Positions 25,401 through 35,100 of a stretch of 64,000 nt of DNA are shown here, in pieces. Below the pieces are notes generated by a model that did not search any database, was not told the DNA's origin, and worked only from the letters and a program-made list of their open reading frames with translations. The DNA comes from Macrostomum lignano (taxonomy: Eukaryota). The stretch is taken from NCBI GenBank assembly GCA_002269645.1, contig NIVC01003103.1, positions 62,001 to 126,000 of the forward strand, read 5' to 3'. The position numbers were made by a program, and so were the translations under genes. The first letter of the stretch is position 1. Each line of letters starts with the position of its first letter.

Positions 25401-28400
25401 CCTGCTGCGGCAGATTGAGGCGCAGGGCAACCTAGTGCGCGAGATGAAGGCCGCGAAAGCTGACAACGTGAGGATAATTAGAATGATTCATAAATTCTCC
25501 ATTGTAAACTAGCCATGCGTTTTGGCCTTGCAGATTCACGCGTGTCGCTATCAGCATCTCTCTAACCTTCTCTTTTTGATTAAATACAGAATGCTGTACA
25601 AGTCGAGTTGAAAAAACTGCTGCAGCTCAAGGCGGACTTCAAGTCTCACAGCGGCCAGGACTGGAAGCCCGACCTGCTGCAGAAAGCCTCAGCTGCCGAC
25701 CCAGCAACCGCAGCGGCGCCGCCTCCTCAGGGCTCGGGGCTGCAGCAGTTCAAGCCGCTGCTGGAGAAAATCGCAGCACAAGGCGATCTGGTCAGGGACC
25801 TGAAGGCGAAGAAGGCGGACCAGGTGAGCTGCGTGAGCCTGTTTGAGTAGGGAATTGAGCTGACCAGAGTGATGAACTCACAGTTGCACTGAGACAGCGC
25901 AGTGATGCAAGTCATCTGTGTGCACTCTAATTTTTTTCTGATGCTGGTCGCTCCATCACTTGCAGCAGGCATTCAATTTGTCAATTTAGTTGGGTAACTG
26001 GATGTGTTGCTATGGCATACTCGGCGGTTGTGTTGCTGTGGTAGACTCGGTAACTGGGTGTGTTGCTGTGGTAGACTCGGTATCTAGGTGTGGTGCTTCA
26101 ATGGCTTAAAGTATAACTTGCTCAATTCCGAATGCAATGATGACTCAAAGTCGCACTGATTACACATCTGTAATGATGTCAATCTACCTTTAATTTTACT
26201 GAAGCATTCGGACTCGTCGGTTTGAATTCAGAAAAGTGAACACTGTCGCATTTTTCTTAGAGACGGTCGGCTGTGCGCACACTGGCTGCATTTCAAGCGA
26301 CATGCCGACATTTTCACAATCGGCGAGATTCATTACTGCCCATTCTGCCGACTTCTGTGCAGGCACACACTCACATAGGGGTGCACAGCGGCCCTAAATT
26401 TGTTTATCGATTGGCATGTTCACTTCACTGTGCTTTGGGGGTTGGCCATCAAGTGCGTTAATCGCACGAGCAGACCTAAGCCGAGATTGCAATTTAGAGC
26501 TTAGAATCGAGTCTGAGCTGCTGGCACATCAAAGCGCCGCGCTACGCCAATCAGTGCAGCCGCTCCCCCAACCTCACTGTGAACCTTCAGGCCGCAATCA
26601 AGTCGGCAGTGGACCAGCTACTGCAGCTCAAGGCGGACTTCAAGTCTCACAGCGGTCAGGACTGGAAGCCCGAACTGCTGCAGAAGGCCACCCCTGCCGC
26701 CCCAGCTGCCGCCCCAGCAACCGCAGCGGCGCCGCCTCCTCAGGACTCGGGGCTGCAGCAGTTCAAGCCGCTGCTGGAGAAAATCGCAGCACAAGGCGAT
26801 TTGGTCAGGGACCTAAAGGCAAAGAAGGCGGACCAGGTGAGCTGCGTGAACCTGTTTGAGTAGGGAATTGAGCTGACCATAATGATGAACTCACAGTCGC
26901 ACTGAGACAGCGCAGTGATGCAAGTCATCTGTGCGCACTCTAATTTTTTTCTGATGCTGGTCGCTCTTCTGTTTCTATCGTGCTTTGCTATACTTCAGTT
27001 CTGAAGTCGAGTTCTGTATGTCTTTAATTTAGGTTTCAAGCCGATTTTCCGGCTCAGCCGAGTGCACCAGCTACTTCCACGCCGTTTTGCACTGAAGCAT
27101 TTGAGAATTCAGAGCCACATGCTCTGACAATGCGCTCGTATAGAGAGCTCAGTTAGTTTGAATGGCGCGTGAGCATCAGAGCCACATGCTCTGACAATGC
27201 GCTCGTATAGAGAGCTCAATTAGTTTGAATGGCGCGTGAGCATCAGAGCCACATGCTCTGACAATGCGCTCGTATAGAGAGCTCAATTAGTTTGAATGGC
27301 GCGTGAGCATCAGAGCCACATGCTCTGACAATGCGCTCGTATAGAGAGCTCAATTAGTTTGAATGGCGCGTGAGCATCAGAGCCACATGCTCTGACAATG
27401 CGCTCGTATAGAGAGCTCAATTAGTTTGAATGGTGCGTGAACATCAGAGCCACATGCTCTGACAATGCGCTCGTATAGAGAGCTCAATTAGTTTGAATGG
27501 TGCGTGAACATCAGAGCCACATGCTCTGACAATGCGCTCGTATAGAGAGCTCAATTAGTTTGAATGGTGCGTGAACATCAGAGCCACATGCTCTGACAAT
27601 GCGCTCGTATAGAGAGCTCAATTAGTTTAAATGGTGCGTGAACATCAGAGCGACATGCTCTGACAATGCGCTCGTATAGAGAGCTCAATTAGTTTGAATG
27701 GCGCGTGAGCATCAGAGCCACATGCTCTGACAATGCGCTCGTATAGAGAGCTCAATTAGTTTAAATGGTGCGTGAACATCAGAGCGACATGCTCTGACAA
27801 TGCGCTCGTATAGAGAGCTCAATTAGTTTGAATGGCGCGTGAGCATCAGAGCCACATGCTCTGACAATGCGCTCGTATAGAGAGCTCAATTAGTTTGAAT
27901 GGCGCGTGAGCATCAGAGCCACATGCTCTGACAATGCGCTCGTATAGAGAGCTCAGTTAGTTTGAATGGCGCGTGAGCATCGTGGACCTCGAAGTCGTTT
28001 GGTGCCATCAAATTTATCTGGGGCATGCATTTCTGCTCCTATTGCTGAAGCTGTTCCACCAGATGCTGATATCCAGAGTTGTAAAGCTGCAAGGGGAACA
28101 TGAGCTCAGGATTACCAGAGTATCGCTGAATTCCCGGCGATCCGCAGCCGTCGCCATAGTTATATCCGTCACAACCTTTGTAATTGCCGCATTAAAAGCT
28201 CATTCCTAGTTTGTTGCTCCACGGCTGTTGCATTTCGTCGTCTGACCCAGGTGTTTGGTGTGGGCAATGCACAATTCGAAGAAAGATCATTCACATTCAT
28301 TGTCTGCACGCTGATTTACCGTAGTCTATGGTGAAATATATGTTAAGCCATCTACGAAGTATTTATCATTCAATGCAATTTTAACAACAAAAGTCAGGAA

Positions 28401-30374
28401 TCGGCATCAGAGGGCGTGGCAAATTCTAGGGCCGAGTCGTCGTTATCCGTAGAGGTTGAAGTCGAACTACCTTCGCACAACGAATTCAACAACGCATCAG
28501 ACAGTTGACCCATGTCTGTTGCCTTTCTTTTGCAGTTTGTCGGATAGCTGCAAAAGAATACGCAGTCAGCTAATAGACATACACAAAAATGCTACACACA
28601 AAAGCAGCTGCACCGCCTTAGAGTCCTTGTCTTGAGTTTGCTGATTTGCTCAAAATTTACGGCAAACAAATCATTGAAATTCAGTTGAAGAAAGATTAGA
28701 AAGGCTAGGCCTTTTCTCTCGACTACTCTCAAGGGCTCTATTTTTATTACTCGCCAGTCCCAAGAGTCTGCGCATCAAGAGGTAGGAAAGGAAAGGCCAT
28801 AGACAACAGGTGCAAGCGATGGGGCACGGGTGGTGTTCACAAGAGGCAGTCAAAGCCGTCAGTGTACAAAGCAATGTACATCAAATTTCAGTTGCCGTGA
28901 AACATCTGAACCTAAGCTTCATGCGTATTAATAATAATAAAGCGCTTTGTGTATTTAGCAATTCAATAAGAAACTTGGTTAGGTTAGTAGCTTCAATTTG
29001 TATATTGGTCATTGGAATAAAATCAAGCTGGAGCTGCTATATTGGACTTCGTCGTGAAAAGTTTAGCTGGCCCATGCAGCATAAAACTTGACTACTATGT
29101 CCTCAATTCCGAATGCGATGATGACTCACAGTCGCACTGATTATACACCTGTAATGATGTCAGTCTACCTGTGTGCACTCTCATTTTTTACTGATGCATT
29201 CGGACTCTGTGATTGAAATTCAGAAAAATTAAAAACTTCCGCATTCTGTTGTCCCAGTCAGTGCAGCCGCTCCCCCAACCCGCTGTGAATCTTCAGGCCG
29301 CAATCAAGTCTGCAGTGGACCAGCTGCTGCAGCTCAAGGCGGACTTCAAGTCTCACAGCGGTCAGGACTGGAAGCCCGACTTGCTGCAGAAAGCCTCGGC
29401 TGCCGCCCCAGCAGCCGCAGCGGCGCCTCCTCAGGGCTCAGGGCTGCAGCAGTTCAAGCCGCTGCTGGAGAAAATCGCAGCACAAGGCGATCTGGTCAGG
29501 GACCTGAAGGCAAAGAAGGCGGACCAGGTGAGCTGCGTGAGCCTGTTTGAGTATGGAATTGAGCTGACCAGAGTGATGAACTCACAGTTGCACTGAGACA
29601 GCGCAGTGATGCAAGTCATCTGTGTGCACTCTAATTTTTTTCTGATGCTGGTCGCTCCATCACTTGCATCAGGCATTCAATTTGTCAATTTAGTTGGGTA
29701 ACTGGGTGTGTTGCTATGGGATACTCTGTAACTGGGTGTGTTGCTATGGGATACTCGGTAACTGGGTGTGTTGCTGTGGCAGACTCGGTAACAGGGTGTG
29801 TTGCTATGGCAGACTCGGTAACTAGGTGTGTTGCTATGGAATACTATGGGATATGGGATATCACTTGCTCAATTTCGAATGCAATGATGACTCAAAGTCG
29901 CACTGATTACACACATGTAATGACGTCAATCTACCAATGTACACTCTAATTTTTTACTGATGCATTCGGATTGGGTTGAAAAGTGATTGGTTAAAAGTGG
30001 GACTTGACAATTCCATTCCAGCTGGTCATTGATCCATCCATCTCCGCTATCCTCAGGCGGCGGTGAAGTCTGCTGTTGATCAGTTGCTGGCGCTGAAGGC
30101 GGAGTTCAAGGCCCAGTCCGGCATGGACCACAAGCCGGACCTCATCAAGCAGCTGGACCAGCAGCAGCCGCCGCAGGCAGCAGGCGCTTCCGCCGGCCTG
30201 GACCAGCTGCGGCAGATCAAGGCGGCCGGAGACCGGGTGCGCGCAATGAAGGAGTCCGGCGCTGGCAAGGCAGAACTGCAGCCTGCCTTGGACCAGCTGA
30301 TGCAGGCGAAGGCGCAATTCAAGCAGGCCACGGGCAAAGAGTACAAGCCGGAGATGCTGAAGGCTCTGGCTTGA
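22432..30374 (+). CDS. glutamyl-tRNA synthetase (EPRS N-half: GST-like + GluRS + 5 WHEP domains), terminating at its own stop; 5'-most exon(s) unresolved
   Basis: Exons 22432/22437-22492, 22585-23173, 23444-23636, 23732-23903, 23992-24116, 24211-24566, 24682-25467, 25590-25823, 26591-26836, 29297-29527 and 30057-30374 (TGA). All phases from 22585 onward are consistent. Motifs [45 protein letters not shown] and GWDDPRFPT. Confidence 0.93.
25862..25949 (+). ncRNA. intronic C/D-box snoRNA candidate, type A copy 1
   Basis: C box GTGATGA 25869-25875, D' CTGA 25889, C' GTGATGC 25902, D CTGA 25938-25941. Terminal stem GACCAG/CTGGTC. D guide GCACTCTAATTTTTTT is complementary to conserved 18S GAAAAAAUUAGAGUG. 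Confidence 0.8.
26127..26212 (+). ncRNA. intronic C/D-box snoRNA candidate, type B copy 1 (D guide partly deleted)
   Basis: C ATGATGA 26137, D' CTGA 26156, C' ATGATGT 26173, D CTGA 26199. 9-bp stem TCCGAATGC/GCATTCGGA. The D guide is reduced to TTAATTTTA. Confidence 0.7.
26875..26962 (+). ncRNA. intronic C/D-box snoRNA candidate, type A copy 2
   Basis: C ATGATGA 26882, D' CTGA 26902, C' GTGATGC, D CTGA 26951. Guide GCACTCTAATTTTTTT intact. Confidence 0.8.
27109..27980. repeat. 67-bp tandem repeat, 13 copies, in a GluRS intron
   Basis: Unit TCAGAGCCACATGCTCTGACAATGCGCTCGTATAGAGAGCTCAATTAGTTTGAATGGCGCGTGAGCA. The copies are nearly identical and there are no spacers. Confidence 0.95.
29108..29204 (+). 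ncRNA. intronic C/D-box snoRNA candidate, type B copy 2
   Basis: C ATGATGA 29118, D' CTGA 29137, C' ATGATGT 29154, D CTGA 29191. Stem TCCGAATGC/GCATTCGGA. Guide GCACTCTCATTTTTTA has one mismatch to 18S. Confidence 0.78.
29566..29653 (+). ncRNA. intronic C/D-box snoRNA candidate, type A copy 3
   Basis: C GTGATGA 29573, D' CTGA, C' GTGATGC, D CTGA 29642. Stem GACCAG/CTGGTC. Guide intact. Confidence 0.8.
29875..29970 (+). ncRNA. intronic C/D-box snoRNA candidate, type B copy 3
   Basis: C ATGATGA 29884, D' CTGA, C' ATGACGT, D CTGA 29957. Stem CGAATGCA/TGCATTCG. Guide ACACTCTAATTTTTTA is a perfect complement to AAAAAAUUAGAGUGU. Confidence 0.8.
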
Positions 30375-30894
30375 ATCAACGGGTTTATTGTTGCTACCCG
30401 GCTCAGCATCTCATTTTTTGTATTCGTTAGTAAATTACGAGTGCTCTGCAAGCCGATGGCAACTTTGCGGCTTTGTGATCTATCGCTGGTTTCTGTCTGA
30501 TGTTGGTGTGACTGCCGTGCAAGAGTGAGGTTATGGTATATCCAAAATTTACAATTAGTAAAGCAAGTTCAATAAGCACCAATGCTATGTTGTCTGTAGT
30601 GTCAGTTTTTCATGATTTTGCTTTTTCCCATGCGTTTTTTCTTTTCCCCTATTATTTGCTCTTTGACCTTTCTGTCCTGCTCGCATTCTTCCGCCCGAGT
30701 CGAGGATTTCATTTGATCCTGCGCATCAACAGCGAAGCAAATCAAATACAGACTGAGAGAGATTCAATGTAACTGCTTTACCTGCCTGACCTGTTTGACT
30801 GGATTCACTTGTATGCGACTTTTTCTTTTGGAGCTTTAAAGTTTATTCTGAACTTTGGGAATTTCCTTCCAATTACTGACTCTGTGCTCCTGTC

Positions 30895-31972
30895 CGCCTC
30901 ACCTTCTCTCATCTATCTCTCTTCTCTCCTCTGACTCCCCTTCTCTCATCACTGACTCTCCCCTTCTCCCATCAATGACTCTCCCCTTCTCTCATCACTG
31001 ACTCTCCCCTTCTGTCATCACTGACCCTCCTCTTCTCCCATCACTGACTCTCCCCTTCTCTCATCACTGACTCTCCCCTTCTCTCATCACTGACTCTCCC
31101 CTTCTCTCATCACTGCCTCTCCCTTCTCTCATCACTGCCTCTCCCCTTCTCTCATCACTGACTCTCCCCTTCTCCCATCAATGACTCTCCCCTTCTCTCA
31201 TCACTGACTCTCCCCTTCTGTCATCACTGACTCTCCCCTTCTCTCATCACTGACTCCCCTTGTCTCATCACTGACTCTCCTCTTCTCTCATCACTGCCTC
31301 TCCCCTTCTCTCATCACTGACTCCCCTTCTCTCATCACTGACTCTTCTCTTCTCTCATCACTGACTCTCCTCTTCTCTCATCACTGCCTCTCCCCTTCTC
31401 TCATCACTGACTCCCCTTCTCTCATCACTGACTCTTCTCTTCTCTCATCACTGACTCTTCTCTTCTCTCATCACTGACTCTCCCCTTCTCTCATCACTGA
31501 CTCCCCTTCTCTCATCACTGACTCTCCCCTTCTCTCATCACTGCCTCTCCCTTCTCTCATCACTGCCTCTCCCCTTCTCTCATCGCTGACTCTCCCCTTC
31601 TCCCATCAATGACTCTCCCCTTCTCTCATCACTGACTCTCCCCTTCTGTCATCACTGACCCTCCCCTTCTCTCATCACTGACTCTCCTCTTCTCTCATCA
31701 CTGACTCTCCCCTTCTCTCATCACTGACTCTCCCCTTCTCTCATCACTGACTCCCCTTCTCTCATCACTGACTCTCCCCTTCTCTCATCACTGACTCCCC
31801 TTCTCTCATCACTGACTCCCCTTCTCTCATCACTGACTCTCCCCTTCTCTCATCACTGACTCTCCCCTTCTCTCATCACTGACTCCCCTTCTCTCATCAC
31901 TGACTCTCCCCTTCTCTCATCACTGACTCTCCCCTTCTCTCATCACTGACTCTCCCTTCTCTCATCACCGAC
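30895..31972. repeat. pyrimidine-rich 22-24-bp minisatellite between the GluRS stop and the ProRS start
   Basis: Unit CTCTCATCACTGACTCTCCCCTTC and 22-bp variants; strongly C/T-biased on the + strand. Confidence 0.95.
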
Positions 31973-32124
31973 TCTCCTCATTGCCATTCTTCATTCCATC
32001 TCTTAAAAGCCCAGCTAACTTTTCTAAATAGTTTTGATTTTGCTCACTAGAGGCATCCGAGTGCAAGTCTCTGACACTACTAACAGTAGTACCCGAATCG
32101 CCCCATGCCGGTGGCAGACGCGAA

Positions 32125-35100
32125 ATGGCTGACGCGGACGCGATTAAGAGTGAAATCGACCAGCTGGGAGACAAGATTCGCGGCTTGAAGGCTGGTGGAG
32201 CCGACAAGTCTGTGGTGGACATGGAGGTGGCCGCACTAAAGGAGCTGAAGCAGCGCTACAAAGACCTCACTGGGGTTGAACTGGCCGGCGGCCGGCCAAA
32301 CAAGAAGGTCAAGGAGGCGGCAAAGCCTCCGGCTGTCCAGGACGACCAGGACGATGCGGGCCGGAAGCACCAGACTCGGCTGGGCATGGAGGCCAGCAAG
32401 GCAGACAACCTGGCTGACTGGTACTCGCAGGTGAGTTCACCGTTGTGACTCGCCCACGCCCCTGAGAATCGCCCCTATCAAACCGCCCCTGAGAATCACC
32501 CATCAAACCGCCCCTGAGAATCGCCCCCATCAAACCGCCCCTGAGAATCACCCATCAAATTGCCCCTGAGAATCGCCCCCATCAAACCGCCCCTGAGAAT
32601 CGCCCCCATCAAACCGCCCCTGAGAATCACCCATCAAATCGCCCCTGAGAATCGCCCTTATCGAACCGCCCCTGAGAATCGCCCCCATCAAACCGCCCCT
32701 GAGAATCGCCCCCATCAAACCGCCCCTGAGAATCGCCCCCATCAAACCGCCCCTGAGAATCGCCCCCATCAAACCGCCCCTGAGAATCGTCCCCATCAAA
32801 CCGCCCCTGAGAATCGCCCCAATCAAACCGCCCCTGAGAATCGCCCCAATCAAACCGCCCCTGAGAATCGCCCCCATCAAACCGCCCCTGAGAATCGCCC
32901 CAATCAAACCGCCCCTGAGAATCGCCCCAATCAAACCGCCCCTGAGAATCGCCCCCATCAAACCGCCCCTGAGAATCGTCCCCATCAAACCGCCCCTGAG
33001 AATCGCCCCATCAAACCGCCCCTGAGAATCGCCCCCATCAAACCGCCCCTGAGAATCGTCCCCATCAAACCGCCCCTGAGAATCGCCCCCATCAAACCGC
33101 CCCTGGGAATCACCCCTATCAAACCGCCCCTGAGAATCGCCCCAATCAAACCGCCCCTGAGAATCGTCCCCATCAAACCGCCCCTGAGAATCGTCCCCAT
33201 CAAACCGCCCCTGAGAATCGCCCCCATCAAACCGCCCCTGAGAATCGCCCCCATCAAACCGCCCCTGAGAATCGCCCCCATCAAACCGCCCCTGGGAATC
33301 ACCCCTATCAAACCGCCCCTGAGAATCGCCCCCATCAAACCGCCCCTGAGAATCGCCCCCATCAAACCGCCCCTGAGAATCACCCCCATCAAACCGCCCC
33401 TGAGAATCGCCCCCATCAAACCGCCCCTGAGAATCGTCCCCATCAAACCGCCCCTGAGAATCGCCCCCATCAAACCGCCCCTGAGAATCGCCCCCATCAA
33501 ACCGCCCCTGAGAATCGCCCCCATCAAACCGCCCCTGAGAATCGCCCCCATCAAACCGCCCCTGGGAATCACCCCTATCAAACCGCCCCTGAGAATCGCC
33601 CCAATCAAACCGCCCCTGAGAATCGTCCCCATCAAACCGCCCCTGAGAATCGCCCCCATCAAACCGCCCCTGAGAATCGCCCCCATCAAACCGCCCCTGA
33701 GAATCACCCATCAAATCGCCCCTGAGAATCGCCCTTATCGAACCGCCCCTGAGAATCGCCCCCATCAAACCGCCCCTGAGAATCGCCCCCATCAAACCGC
33801 CCCTGAGAATCGCCCCCATCAAACCGCCCCTGAGAATCGTCCCCATCAAACCGCCCCTTAGAATCGCCCCAATCAAACCGCCCCTGAGAATCGCCCCAAT
33901 CAAACCGCCCCTGAGAATCGCCCCCATCAAACCGCCCCTGAGAATCGCCCCAATCAAACCGCCCCTGAGAATCGCCCCAATCAAACCGCCCCTGAGAATC
34001 GCCCCCATCAAACCGCCCCTGAGAATCGTCCCCATCAAACCGCCCCTGAGAATCGCCCCCATCAAACCGCCCCTGAGAATCGCCCCCATCAAACCGCCCC
34101 TGAGAATCGCCCCCATCAAACCGCCCCTGGGAATCACCCCTATCAAACCGCCCCTGAGAATCGCCCCCATCAAACCGCCCCTGAGAATCGCCCCCATCAA
34201 ACCGCCCCTGAGAATCACCCCAATCAAACCGCCCCTGAGAATCGCCCCCATCAAACCGCCCCTGAGAATCGTCCCCATCAAACCGCCCCTGAGAATCGCC
34301 CCCATCAAACCGCCCCTGAGAATCGCCCCATCAAACCGCCCCTGAGAATCGTCCCCATCAAACCGCCCCTGAGAATCGCCCCATCAAACCGCCCCTGGGA
34401 ATCACCCCTATCAAACCGCCCCTGAGAATCGCCCCAATCAAACCGCCCCTGAGAATCGTCCCCATCAAACCGCCCCTGAGAATCGCCCCCATCAAACCGC
34501 CCCTGAGAATCGCCCCCATCAAACCGCCCCTGAGAATCACCCATCAAATCGCCCCTGAGAATCGCCCTTATCGAACCGCCCCTGAGAATCGCCCCCATCA
34601 AACCGCCCCTGAGAATCGCCCCCATCAAACCGCCCCTGAGAATCGCCCCCATCAAACCGCCCCTGAGAATCGTCCCCATCAAACCGCCCCTGAGAATCGC
34701 CCCAATCAAACCGCCCCTGAGAATCGCCCCAATCAAACCGCCCCTGAGAATCGCCCCCATCAAACCGCCCCTGAGAATCGCCCCAATCAAACCGCCCCTG
34801 AGAATCGCCCCAATCAAACCGCCCCTGAGAATCGCCCCCATCAAACCGCCCCTGAGAATCGTCCCCATCAAACCGCCCCTGAGAATCGCCCCCATCAAAC
34901 CGCCCCTGAGAATCGCCCCCATCAAACCGCCCCTGAGAATCGTCCCCATCAAACCGCCCCTGAGAATCGCCCCCATCAAACCGCCCCTGGGAATCACCCC
35001 TATCAAACCGCCCCTGAGAATCGCCCCAATCAAACCGCCCCTGAGAATCGTCCCCATCAAACCGCCCCTGAGAATCGCCCCCATCAAACCGCCCCTGAGA

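Noticed and set aside
27109-27980. CRISPR-like or hammerhead-ribozyme array
   Set aside because: There are no unique spacers, no cas genes and the context is eukaryotic. Neither strand has a CUGAnGA...GAAA core.
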